Positions 11,494-24,810 of a DNA stretch of 64,000 nt are shown here, piece after piece; position 1 is the stretch's first letter, and each line of letters opens with the position of its first letter. This DNA is from Antedon mediterranea (lineage: Eukaryota; Animalia; Echinodermata), in contig NC_092680.1 of assembly GCF_964355755.1 (NCBI RefSeq), forward strand, positions 21,337,045-21,401,044, given 5' to 3'. The notes beneath the pieces are model-generated. The model was not told where the DNA came from, did no database searches, and saw only the letters and a list, made by a program, of their open reading frames with translations. A program made the position numbers and the translations under genes.

Positions 11494-14046
11494 CCCTGTA
11501 CTATAGTAAGAGTAACCCATTATTCGACTCTGCGCATGTTTATTATGCTATAGTAACCATGTATGTCAAAAGTGGTTACTATAGCACAATTGACATGCGC
11601 AGAACCCATTATTTGACTCTGCCCATGTTTATTATGCTATAGTAACTATTTATGTCAAAAGTGGTTACTATAGATATTATGCTATAGTAACCATTTATGT
11701 CAAAAGTGGTTACTATAGCACAATTGACATGCGCAGAACGCATTATTCGACTCTGCGCATGTTTATTATGCTATAGTAACCATTTATGTCAAAAGTGGTT
11801 ACTATAGCACAATTGACATGCGCAGAACCCATTATTCGTCTCTGCACATGTTTAGTATGCTATAGTAACCAATTATATCAAAAAATAAAAGGGTCGAAAA
11901 TCGGTCATTTTTCGTAAATTTCCTTGTACTATAGTACAGGGATTTTTTCAAAAAAGGGCCAATTTTCGAACTTTTTATTTATCGATAAAACTGGTTACTA
12001 TAGCACAATTGACATGCGCAGAACGCATTATTCGACTCTGCGCATGTTTATTATGCTATAGTAACCATTTATGTCAACAGTGGTTACTATAGCACAATTG
12101 AAATGCGCAGAACCAATTATTCGTCTCTGCGCATGTTTATTATGCTATAGTAACCATTTATATAAAAAAATAAAGGGTCGAAAATCGGTCATTTTTCGTA
12201 AATTTCCCTGTACAGGGATTTTTTCAAAAAAGGGCCAATTTTCGAACTTTTTATTTATCGATAAAACTGGTTACTATAGCACAATTGACATGCGCAGAAC
12301 GCATTATTCGACTCTGCGCATGTTTATTATGCTATAGTAACCATTTATGTCAACAGTGGTTACTATAGCACAATTGACATGCGCAGAACCCATTATTCGA
12401 CTCTGCGTATGTTTATTATGCTATAGTAACCATTTATATCACAAAATAAAAGGGTCGAAAATCGGTCATTTTTCGAAAATTTTTGTGTACTATAGTACAA
12501 GGATTTTTTTTAAAAAAAGGCAAATTTTTGACCTTTTTATTTTTCGATAAAACTGGTTACTATAGCACAATTGACATGCGCAGAACGCATTATTCGACTC
12601 GGCGCATGTTTATTATGCTATAGTAACCATTTATGTCAATAGTGGTTACTATAGCACAATTGACATGTGCAGAACCCATTATTCGACTCTGCGCATGTTT
12701 ATTATGCTATAGTAACCAATTATATCAAAAAATAAAAGGGTCGAAAATCGGTCATTTTTCGAAAATTTCCCTGTACTATAGTACAGGGATTATTTAAAAA
12801 AAAAGCCAATTTTCAAGCTTTTTATTTTTCGATAAAACTGGTTACTATAGCACAATTGACATGCGCAGAACGCATTATTCGACTCTGCGCATGTTTATTA
12901 TGCTATAGTAACCATTTATGTCAACAGTGGTTACTATAGCACAATCGAAATGCGCAGAACCAATTATTCGTTTCTGCGCATGTTTATTATGCTATAGTAA
13001 CCATTTATATCAACAAATAAAAGGGTCGAAAATCGGTCATTTTTCGTAAATTTCCCTGTACTATAGTACAGGGATTTTTTCAAAAAAGGGCCAATTTTCG
13101 AACTTTTTATTTATCGATAAAACTGGTTACTATAGCACAATTGACATGCGCAGAACGCATTATTCGACTCTTCGCATGTTTATTATGCTATAGTAACCAT
13201 TTATGTCAACAGTGGTTACTATAGCACAATTGAAATGCGCAGAACCAATTATTCGTCTCTGCGCATGTTTATTATGCTATAGTAACCATTTATATAAAAA
13301 ATAAAGGGTCGAAAATCGGTCATTTTTCGTAAATTTCCCTGTACAGGGATTTTTTCAAAAAAGGGCCAATTTTCGAACTTTTTATTTATCGATAAAACTG
13401 GTTACTATAGCACAATTGACATGCGCAGAACGCATTATTCGACTCTGCGCATGTTTATTATGCTATAGTAACCATTTATGTCAACAGTGGTTACTATAGC
13501 ACAATTGACATACGCAGAACCCATTATTCGACTCTGCGTATGTTTATTATGCTATAGTAACCATTTATATCACAAAATAAAAGGGTCGAAAATCGGTCAT
13601 TTTTCGAAAATTTCCGTGTACTATAGTACAAGGATTTTTTTTAAAAAAAGGCAAATTTTCGACCTTTTTATTTTTCGATAAAACTGGTTACTATAGCACA
13701 ATTGACATGCGCAGAACGCATTATTCGACTCGGCGCATGTTTATTATGCTATAGTAACCATTTATGTCAAAAGTGGTTACTATAGCACAATTGACATGCG
13801 TGGGAACCATTATTCGACTCTGCGCATGTTGATTATGCTATAGTAACCATTTATATCAAAAAAATAAAAGGGTCGAAAATCGGTCATTTTTCGAAAATTT
13901 TCCTGTACTATAGTAGAGGGATTTTTTCGTAAAATTGCCAATTTTCGACCTTTTTACTTTTCGATAAAACTGGTTACTATAGCACAATTGACATGACCAG
14001 AACCCATTACTCGACTCTGCGCATGTTTATTATGCTATAGTAACCA
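11494..14046. repeat. Satellite 1: palindromic 89-bp monomer in ~284-bp higher-order units
   Basis: Monomer ctatagtaacca-tttatgtcaaaag-tggttactatag-cacaattg-acatgcgcaga-N14-tctgcgcatgt-ttattatg. Marker ggtcgaaaa recurs about every 276-288 bp (8 units); a 1131-bp block duplication is shown by a shared deletion variant at ~12207 and ~13338. Confidence 0.95.
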
Positions 14047-17000
14047 TTAATTGCCTAAGTCACACAGCTGACTTAGGCAGAAACACAAAAAAACGATCTG
14101 AGCATGTGCAAATGTATATAAAAGCACTCAGATAATGTACAGAGGGCAGTATATTGATATAAGCAGGGAGTTAGGCAGATCATAAGTCAGCTCTCCTTAA
14201 TTGCCTAAGTCACACAGCTGACTTGGGCAGAAACACAAAAAAATATAGTATATTGATATAAACAGTGAGTTAGGCAGAAAAACAAAAACATGACTTAGAC
14301 ACTTTTGTTATGAGGCTGTCGATATCATCTATATACAAAAAATGCTACCTTTAAGTAACAAAATTTAATAGCATCAGCTCTTCAGATTAAAATTAAAACT
14401 GATGATTTTAGAAAGGGAAAGTAGCAATAAAAGAGTAAGAATTTGTAACAAATGGGTTAAAAAATATACTATAAAAATGTATTTCTTATTTTATTAAAAA
14501 AATCATGAGTCTCCTTTCCTTAATTGCCTAAGTCACACAGCTGACTTAGGCAGAAACACAAAAAACGATCTGAGCATGTGCAAAATGTATATAAAAGCAC
14601 TCAGATAGTGTACAGAGGGCAGTATAATGATATAAGCAGTGAGTTAGGCAGATCATAAGTCAGCTCTCCTTAATTGCCTAAGTCACACAGCTGACTTGGG
14701 CAGAAACACAAAAAAATATAGTCTATTGATATAAGCAGTGAGTTAGGCAGAAAAACAAAACAAAAATTATGTCTTATACACTTTTGTTATGAGACTGTCG
14801 ATATCATCTATATACAAAAAATGCTACCTTTAAGTAACAAAATTTAATAGCATCAGCTCTTCAGATTAAAATTAACACTGATGAATTTAGAAAAGGAAAG
14901 TAGCAATAAAAGAGAAAGAATTTGTAACAAATGGGTTAAAAAATATACTATAAAAATGTATTTCTTATTTTATTAAAAAAATCATGAGTCTCCTCTCCTT
15001 AATTGCCTAAGTCACACAGGTGACTTAGGAAGAAACACAAAAAACGATCTGAGCATGTGCAAATGTATATAAAAGCACTCAGATAGTGTACAGAAGGCAG
15101 TATAATGATATAAGCAGTGAGTTAGGCAGATCATAAGTCAGCTCTCCTTAATTGCCTAAGTCACACAGCTGACTTAGGCAGAAACACACAGAATATAGTA
15201 TATTGATATAAGCAGGGAGTTAGGCAGATCATAAGTCAGCTCCCCTTAATTGCCTAAGTCACACAGCTGACTTGGGCAGAAACACAAAAAATATAGTATA
15301 TTGATATAAGCAGTGAGTTAGGCAAAAAAAAAAGAAAAATTATGACTTAGACACTTTTGTTATGGGGCTGTCGATATCATCTATATACAAAAAATTCTAC
15401 CTTTAAGTAACAAAATTTAATAGCATGAGCTATTCAGATTAAAATTAACACTGATGATTTTAGAAAAAGAAAGAAGCAATAAAAGAGAAAGAATTTGTAA
15501 CAAATGGGTTAAAAAATATACTATAAAAATGTATTTCTTATTTTATTTAAAAAATCATGAGTCTCCTCTCCTTAATAATTGCCTAAGTCACACAGCTGAC
15601 TTAGGCAGAAACACAAAAAAACGATCTGAGCATGTGCAAATGTATATAAAAGCACTCAGATAATGTACAGAGGGCAGTATAATGATATAAGCAGTGAGTT
15701 AGGCAGACCATAAGTCAGCTCTCCTTAATTTCCTAAGTCACACCGCTGACTTAGGCAGAAACACACAAAATATAGTATATTGATATAAGCAGGGAGTTAG
15801 GCAGATCATAAGTTAGCTCTCCTTAATTGCCTAAGTCACACAGCTGACTTGGGCAGAAACACAAAAAAATATAGTCTATTGATATAAGCAGTGAGTTAGG
15901 CAGAAAAACAAAACAAAAAGTATGTCTTATACACTTTTGTTATGAGACTGTCGTTATCATCTATATACAAAAAATGCTACCTTTGTAACCAAATTTAATA
16001 GCATCAGCTCTTCAGATTAAAATTAAAACTGATGATTTTAGAAAGGGAAAGTAGCAATAAAAGAGTAAGAATTTGTAACGAATGGGTTAAAAAATATACT
16101 ATAAAATTGTATTTCTTATTTTATTAAAAAAATCATGAGTCTCCTCTCTTTAATTGCCTAAGTCACACAGCTGACTTAGGCAGAAACACAAAAAACGATC
16201 TGAGCATGTGCAAATGTATATAAAAGCACCCAGATAGTGTACAGAGGGCAGTATAATGATATAAGCAGTGAGTTAGGCAGATCATAAGTCAGCTCTCCTT
16301 AATTGCCTAAGTCACACAGCTGACTTAGGCAGAAACACACAGAATATAGTATATTGATATAAGCAGGGAGTTAAGCAGATCATAAGTCAGCTCCCCTTAA
16401 TTGCCTAAGTCACACAGCTGACTTGGGCAGAAACACAAAAAATATAGTATATTGATATAAGCAGTGAGTTAGGCAAAAAAACAAAACAAAATTATGACTT
16501 AGACACTTTTGTTATGAGGCTGTCGATATCATCTATATACAAAAAATTCTACCTTTGTAATCAAATTTAATAGCATGAGCTCTTCAGATTTAAATTAACA
16601 CTGATGAATTTAGACAAGGAAAGTAGCAATAAAAGAGAAAGAATTTGTAACAAATGGGTTAAAAAATATACTATAAAAATGTATTTCTTATTTTATTAAA
16701 AAAATAATGAGTCTCCTCTCCTTAATTGCCTAAGTCACACAGCTGACTTAGGCAGGAACACAAAAAACGATCTGAGCATCTGCAAATGTATATAAAAGCA
16801 CTCAGATAGTGTACAGAGGGCAGTATAATTATATAAGCAGTGAGTTAGGCAGATCATAAGTCAGCTCTCCTTAATTGCCTAAGTCACACAGCTGACTTAG
16901 GCAGAAACACACAGAATATAGTATATTGATATAAGCAGGGAGTTAGGCAGATCATAAGTTAGCTCTCCTTAATTGCCTAAGTCACACAGCTGACTTGGGC

Positions 17001-20000
17001 AGAAACACAAAAAAATATAGTCTATTGATATAAGCAGTGAGTTAGGCAGAAAAACAAAAAACAAATTATGACTTAGACACTTTTGTTATGAGGCTGTCGA
17101 TATCATCTATATACAAAAAATGCTACCTTTGTAACCAAATTTAATAGCATGAGCTCTTCAGATTTAAATTAACACTGATGAATTTAGACAAGGAGAGTAG
17201 CAATAAAAGAGAAAGAATTTGTAACAAATGGGTTAAAAAATATACTATAAAAATGTATTTCTTATTTTATTAAAAAAATCATGAGTCTCCTCTCCTTAAT
17301 TGCCTAAGTCACACAGCTGACTTAGGCAGAAACACAAAAAACGATCTGAGCATCTGCAAATGTATATAAAAGCACTCAGATAGTGTACAGAGGGCAGTAT
17401 AATTATATAAGCAGTGAGTTAGGCAGATCATAAGTCAGCTCTCCTTAATTGCCTAAGTCACACAGCTGACTTAGGCAGAAACACACAGAATATAGTATAT
17501 TGATATAAGCAGGGAGTTAGGCAGATCATAAGTCAGCCCCCCTTAATTGCCTAAGTCACACAGCTGACTTGGGCAGAAACACAAAAAATATAGTATATTG
17601 ATATAAGCAGGAGTTAGGCAGATCATAAGTCAGCTCTCCTTAATTGCCTAAGTCACACAGCTGACTTGGGCAGAAACACACACAAATATATATATCATCT
17701 ATATACAAAAAATGCTACCTTTGTAACCAAATTTAATAGCATCAGCTCTTCAGATTAAAATTAAAACTGATGATTTTAGAAAGGGAAAGTAGCAATAAAA
17801 GAGTAAGAATTTGTAACGAATGGGTTAAAAAATATACTATAAAATTGTATTTCTTATTTTATTAAAAAAATCATGAGTCTCCTCTCTTTAATTGCCTAAG
17901 TCACACAGCTGACTTAGGCAGAAACACAAAAAACGATCTGAGCATGTGCAAATGTATATAAAAGCACCCAGATAGTGTACAGAGGGCAGTATAATGATAT
18001 AAGCAGTGAGTTAGGCAGATCATAAGTCAGCTCTCCTTAATTGCCTAAGTCACACAGCTGACTTAGGCAGAAACACACAGAATATAGTATATTGATATAA
18101 GCAGGGAGTTAAGCAGATCATAAGTCAGCTCCCCTTAATTGCCTAAGTCACACAGCTGACTTGGGCAGAAACACAAAAAATATAGTATATTGATATAAGC
18201 AGTGAGTTAGGCAAAAAAACAAAACAAAATTATGACTTAGACACTTTTGTTATGAGGCTGTCGATATCATCTATATACAAAAAATTCTACCTTTAAGTAA
18301 CAAAATGTAATAGCATGAGCTCTTCAGATTAAAATTAACACTGATGATTTTAGAAAGGGAAAGTAGCAATAAAAGAGTAAGAATTTGTAACAAATGAGTT
18401 AAAAAATATACTATAAAAATGTATTTCTTATTTTATTAAAAAAATCATGAGTCTCCTCTCCTTAATTGCCTAAGTCACACAGCTGACTTAGGCAGAAACA
18501 CAAAAAACGATCTGAGCATGTGCAAATGTATATAAAAGCACTCAGATAGTGTACAGAGGGCAGTATAATGATATAAGCAGTGAGTTAGGCAGATCATAAG
18601 TCAGCTCTCCTTAATTGCCTAAGTCACACAGCTGACTTGGGCAGAAACACAAAAAATATAGTCTATTGATATAAGCAGTGAGTTAGGCAGAAAAACAAAA
18701 CAAAAATTATGTCTTATACACTTTTGTTATGAGGCTGTCGATATCATCTATATACAAAAAATGCTACCTTTAAGTAACACAATTTAATAGCAGCAGCTCT
18801 TCAGATTAAAATTAACACTGATGATTTTAGAAAGGGAAAGTAGCAATAAAAGAGAAAGAATTTGTAACAAATGGGTTAAAAAATATACTATAAAAATGTA
18901 TTTCTTATTTTATTAAAAAAATTATGAGTCTCCTCTCCTTAATTGCCTAAGTCACACAGCTGACTTAGGCAGAAACACAAAAAACGATCTGAGCATGTGC
19001 AAATGTATATAAAAGCACTCAGATAGTGTACAGAGGGCAGTGTAATGATATAAGCAGTGAGTTAGGCAGATCATAAGTCAGCTCTCCTTAATTGCCTAAG
19101 TCACACAGCTGACTTAGGCAGAAACACAAAAAATATAGTATATTGATATAAGCAGTGAGTTAGGCAGATCATAAGTCAGCTCTCCTTAATTGGTCAAGTC
19201 ACACAGCTGACTTGGGCAGAAACACAAAAAAATATAGTCTATTGATATAAGCAGTGAGCTAGGCAGAAAAACAAAACAAAAATTATGTCTTATACACTTT
19301 TGTTATGAGACTGTCGATATCATCTATATACAAAAAATGCTACCTTTAAGTAACAAAATTTAATAGCATCAGCTCTTCAGATTAAAATTAACACTGATGA
19401 ATTTAGAAAAGGAAAGTAGCAATAAAAGAGAAAGAATTTGTAACAAATGGGTTAAAAAATATACTATAAAAATGTATTTCTTATTTTATTAAAAAAATCA
19501 TGAGTCTCCTCTCCTTAATTGCCTAAGTCACACAGCTGACTTAGGCAGAAACACAAAAAACGATCTGAGCATGTGCAAATGTATATAAAAGCACTCAGAT
19601 AGTGTACAGAGGGCAGTATAATGATATAAGCAGTGAGTTAGGCAGATCATAAGTCAGCTCTCCTTAATTGCCTAAGTCACACAGCTGACTTATGCAGAAA
19701 CACACAGAATATAGTTTATTGATATAAGCAGGGAGTTAGGCAGATCATAAGTCAGCTCCCCTTAATTGCCTAAGTCACACAGCTGACTTGGGCAGAAACA
19801 CAAAAAATATAGTATATTGATATAAGCAGTGAGTTAGGCAAAAAAACAACAAAAAATTATGACTTAGACACTTTTGTTATGGGGCTGTCGATATCATCTA
19901 TATACAAAAAATTCTACCTTTAAGTAACAAAATTTAATAGCATGAGCTCTTCAGATTAAAATTAACACTGATGATTTTAGAAAAGGAAAGTAGCAATAAA

Positions 20001-20860
20001 AGAGAAAGAATTTGTAACAAATGGGTTAAAAAATATACTATAAAAATGTATTTCTTATTTTATCAAAAAAATCATGAGTCTCCTCTCCTTAATTGCCTAA
20101 GTCACACAGCTGACTTAGGCAGAAACACAAAAAAACATCTGAGCATGTGCAAATGTATATAAAAGCACTCAGATAATGTACAGAGGGCATTATAATGATA
20201 TAAGCAGTGAGTTAGACAGGTCATAAGTCAGCTCTACTTAATTGCCTAAGTCACACAGCTGACTTAGGCAGAAACACACAAAATATAGTATATTGATATA
20301 AGCAGGGAGTTAGGCAGATCATAAGTCAGCTCTCCTTAATTGCCTAAGTCACACAGCTGACTTGGGCAGAAACACAAAAAAATATAGTATATTGATATAA
20401 GCAGTGAGTTAGGCAGAAAAAAAAAAAAAATTATGACTTAGACACTTTTGTTATGGGGCTGTCGATATCATCTATATACAAAAAAATTCTACCTTTAAGT
20501 AACAAAATTTAATAGCATCAGCTCTTCAGATTAAAATTAAAACTGATGATTTTAGAAAGGGAAAGTAGCAATAAAAGAGTAAGAATTTGTAACAAATGGG
20601 TTAAAAAATATACTATAAAAATGTATTTCTTATTTTATTAAAAAAATCATGAGTCTCCTCTCCTTAATTGCCTAAGTCACACAGCTGACTTAGGCAGAAA
20701 CACAAAAAACGATCTGAGCATGTGCAAATGTATATAAAAGCACTCAGATAATGTACAGAGGGCAGTATAATGATATAAGCAGTGAGTTAGGCAGATCATA
20801 AGTCAGCTCTCCTTAATTGCCTAAGTCACACAGCTGACTTAGGCAGAAACACACAGAATA
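14047..20860. repeat. Satellite 2: ~480/575-bp units built from hairpin-bearing subrepeats
   Basis: About 12 units, each with 2-3 subrepeats containing tgcctaagtca-cacagc-tgacttaggca plus an AT-rich spacer; unit length differs by one ~95-bp subrepeat. Confidence 0.95.
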
Positions 20861-21330
20861 TTTTTAAATCTCAATTATTTTGCAATAATATTGCAATATA
20901 TGCACATATTATATTACGTTAAAACACCATCTTATAAAATCATAAATATTAACAAATTATGTCAAAAAAATAAAATGGTGGAACATTGGTTATTTAAAAA
21001 ATATTTCCCTGTGCATTTTTTTTAAATGGCCAAAATATAGACTTTTTAAAATTCAATTATTATGCAATAATATTGCCATACACATATATTGCGTTATCAT
21101 AATCTTATAGGGTCACATAGTAACCAGTTATGTCAAAAAATAAAAGGATCGTAATGTTGTCATTTTCTGACAAATTCCCTGTAGGCATACATGACTCAAA
21201 TATCGACTTCTTGTTCTATTTTTATGCAATAATATATATATGTGCATGTATTGTGTTATCATCATGTTATAGAGCCATACTAATTAGTTATGTCAAAACA
21301 TTAATGGGCTGGAATTTGACAATTTTTCGA
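20861..21330. repeat. Degenerate satellite-1-related sequence
   Basis: tagtaaccagttatgtcaaaaaataaaaggatcg...aaattccctgta (~21118-21183) matches satellite 1; ~21024-21075 is the inverse of ~11428-11480. Confidence 0.75.
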
Positions 21331-23061
21331 CATATTTTTTTCACATGCAGTCTCAAACATCATCATTTATTTCATCATTTAAATCATTTAATAATATTAT
21401 TATTAATAAATAATCTTAGAATGGTACAGATATAAATCACAAAATATTTATTTCTAAACTTCTTAAATATTTCTATTTGCTCATCTTACTAAACTACGAT
21501 CAATTGAAAACAACATATTTGTTTATTACAATATTTTGACATCAACATTTAAAGTAAATTGATATTACTAGAGGATGAGCTCGCTTCGCTCGCTCCCCCT
21601 CTAGGAAGTGTAGACGATGGTTCTCGGAATGATAATGTTCTCCTTATACATTTTCTGTCGGTTACCATTATTGAAAATGCTTGACATTCGTAAAACTAAA
21701 CTACTTTGTTTCACAGTGTTTTAGATGATTAATAACATTTTAAAGTATAGTTTTTATTGTTTGGTAGGGCCCTTTGGGGAGGCGGAGGTCATTTGAGGGA
21801 GGTGCTTATTCGAGGGATATATGTTAAATTTTTTAGTTCTAATAATATGGTAACATTTATAATCAAATGAAATCCTCTCATAGATATGAAAAGTGTTAAA
21901 AAAGAATAACAAATGCTTGGTAAATTGCAGATAACAGTGCGGTGAATTCTACTACAAATAGTATAATTGTGTTATTATAAATATGTGGATGGACGTTTAT
22001 TAGATAGTTGGGTTGGGGGGGGGGGGGTTATTATTCAAAGTGATGTTTTATTGGAGAGGCGTTTATTCAAATGAATACCATCCTAATAATTATTAATACA
22101 TTATTTAATTTAATCATCTTTTGAAACTAACGGCCGTGCCAGAGTGGGCCCAAGAAAGAAGACATCACGGCTTGCAACATGGGCAGACATCTCGGTCCTA
22201 ACGGGACACAGGAAGATAGCCTACAGTTATTCCTGCAAGCTTACTCAATAAAATTCAGCTATCGGGATTTCACTCGAAAAATGTCTTATCAAATCTCCCT
22301 ATGTAATTTTATAATACTATTCCCCACAATATATTCTGATTCTTTATGGCGTATATTTAATTTGATCTTTATTAATTTGCAGTATAATTCCTATTATTTA
22401 ACTACTGTACCTTCACACACGTGTGGTATGTTTTAAAATAAACAAAAAACTGAAATGGCTATGATTAATGGCCAATTTTTTTTTCGTCTTCCAAAGGGAC
22501 ACTGTATTGATTGATGGAAAGTGCCTGTTTCCAGTCACCTTTAGGGTCAAATCTATTATTTTAACTGCTCCCTTGTGTATAAAAGAGAGAAAATATTTGA
22601 AACTAAGGTGAACTTATCTTAAACCCGGAAATTACTTTGACCGGGAAGAATTGAAATTGAGAGGAAAATCCAATGTTGAAATCATAAATGTTGTTAAAAA
22701 ACTCTTTATAATATCTTCCTAAGATATAAATATGGAACAATAGCGTCGGCGTGCACACTAATGTTATCAAATCTACGTTTCGCGGTACATCTCGGATAGA
22801 TAAGGTAGGTATCCAAGGCGGAGATTTGTAGAGAAGTTTTTGCATTGTGCTCGCCTATGTCAGAATTAACCATAATTTATATATAGATAGTCTATCGTGT
22901 ATAATACGGTATGTATACAAATTAGCAAATGCTTTTAGATAATTGTAGCATCGAAAGACTAAATAAACTGTTATAATAGAAAATAATAAATAAAGGTAAA
23001 AAATTAGATGTGTATAATATGTTATCTAGGCTACTTTATATATATCATAATACGTCAATGG

Positions 23062-23943
23062 TTAATTAAATTTGAGCATAACCGCACTAAGCGCAGCCTC
23101 AACCATCGTCTCGGTAAACTGCGGAAAATATTCTAAAATCTTCGAAAGCAGCTGTTCTCTGGATTGCATACCTTCGGCAACAAGTTGATGTTCTTCATCC
23201 TCGTACAAGAACGTTGAATCCTTAAATCCATAAAGTTTATCATCTTTAAATGCAATACATCTAAATGATTTTAAGAAAGGGCAGCTGTGAACTCCTGGAA
23301 TCGTATACATCTCACTCATTACTGGTTGTATATAATCAAGATCACGTGGTGTTATCGGCATGTCCATAAACTCGTTCCACGCTTTACTGTCAATATTTAC
23401 CGGGTATTCTTCCCGTTTATGATGTTTATGTAGTCGAGTTATTACGTCACCGTTACGTACAAACTTGAAATACAAAAATCCAACGTGATACACGGGGGAT
23501 TCCAGATCGAAATTCAATGGTATAGGATCCCATGTGGGATACGCAATACCAACATCTGCTAGGTGTAGATCCCCCTGTTTGGTCAAATCGCGTACAAAGG
23601 TACATAAGTGATTATTGTCGGATTTCATTATGGCGCAACTAGTATGGAACACGTCGTAACCAATCTTTTCAAGTAATATTTTCATAAATTGGTTCATTGA
23701 GTAACACCGACCACCTTTCTTTTCGAACAGATCTTTCTTAATTTCTTCAAACGTTGGTAATCTTCTTTCCGTTGGTTTAGTACTAAGAGTGATGATATTT
23801 TGAAACGGCTGAGTTTGCAGAAATTTACGGAGTATTTCTCTGAGAAGATCAAATTTGTTTTCTTTAAACCTCTTGACCGCGTCTTTGATTTCTAAAACAT
23901 CTTTTAAAAATCCGTCGACTTCGCGATCAGATAAAGTCAACAT
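23062..23943 (-). CDS. Arylamine N-acetyltransferase family protein (293 aa, intronless CDS)
   Basis: NAT motifs: QPFQNI (PFEN), KKGGRCYSMN (RGGxC, catalytic Cys), NNHL (His), LADVG (Asp); length typical of NATs. Confidence 0.9.
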   Translation of the reverse strand: MLTLSDREVDGFLKDVLEIKDAVKRFKENKFDLLREILRKFLQTQPFQNIITLSTKPTERRLPTFEEIKKDLFEKKGGRCYSMNQFMKILLEKIGYDVFHTSCAIMKSDNNHLCTFVRDLTKQGDLHLADVGIAYPTWDPIPLNFDLESPVYHVGFLYFKFVRNGDVITRLHKHHKREEYPVNIDSKAWNEFMDMPITPRDLDYIQPVMSEMYTIPGVHSCPFLKSFRCIAFKDDKLYGFKDSTFLYEDEEHQLVAEGMQSREQLLSKILEYFPQFTETMVEAALSAVMLKFN

Positions 23944-24671
23944 TTTTCTTTATTGTTAGCTGAAAGAAAATTATGTAAATGTGACGTCACTTGCTTCATA
24001 AATCTAGATTTTATCAAGCTCTTGTACTCTGTATTTGTATTAAACATTGAATGGAGATAAGTGGGTCAAAGTAAGGTCAATGTATCCGCGAGATTGTTGT
24101 CAATTATAGATGAAATTATTCTATTTGAATGTGAAGGAAGCCGTTGCACGTTTCCAAAGCTTTGGCGAAAAGTGTAATAAGAGAAGAAATAAATTATTCA
24201 ACGTTGACTATATCAACTAATTCTGATAGAATTATTATTCATACTTTTGCTAAATTTATTACATAAACGTAAAAGAGCATTATAATGCTTATAATACTAG
24301 TAAACAAAGAATAGAAAAATATTCAAAAGACAAATGCTGTCAATTCTAGGAACGATCTGTGTACTGCAAAAACATGATTCTCAACTTCAGGAGTACTACT
24401 GTATTCATATGCCTACACGGTAGGCCTACTATCCTCCTCGTGAATATTGATGGAGATTCTATATATTTGTTAATTTGAAAAAAATACGACAACTTGATAT
24501 CTGCGTCTACATCATCATTTCATTACTTCAAAGCCTAGTATGCTGGTATTTCAGACTACCCTGCTGTATACTATTTCATAGCCTATGTTATGCTATTTCA
24601 TAGCCTATACGATATATTACTTCATAGCCTACGTTATACTATTGTAGCCTACATGTTTTATTCGTACTTAC

Positions 24672-24810
24672 CTCGATTCAATACGTTTATTCAACTTAAT
24701 TCAATTCCTCTCGTCGTACGAGTGCTTACAAACGCCCGGGCCTAACTGTGTAGTTTCTAATCTCCGTTCAAGTAATGACGAATGCAAATGCTATCCTAAT
24801 ATATAAATAA
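24672..24810 (-). promoter_or_regulatory. Putative non-coding first exon and core promoter of NAT
   Basis: Minus-strand donor gag|gtaagt at 24672/24671, acceptor ttttctttcag ending at 23960 (16 nt before ATG), TATA-like tatttatata near 24800. Confidence 0.5.

Noticed and set aside
12071-20162. ORFs inside the satellites (MSTVVTIAQL..., MILEKE...)
   Set aside because: Chance frames in repeats, disrupted in most units.
11494-20860. CRISPR-like array (palindromic repeats separated by spacers)
   Set aside because: Spacers are themselves repeated, no cas genes, eukaryotic context; these are satellites.
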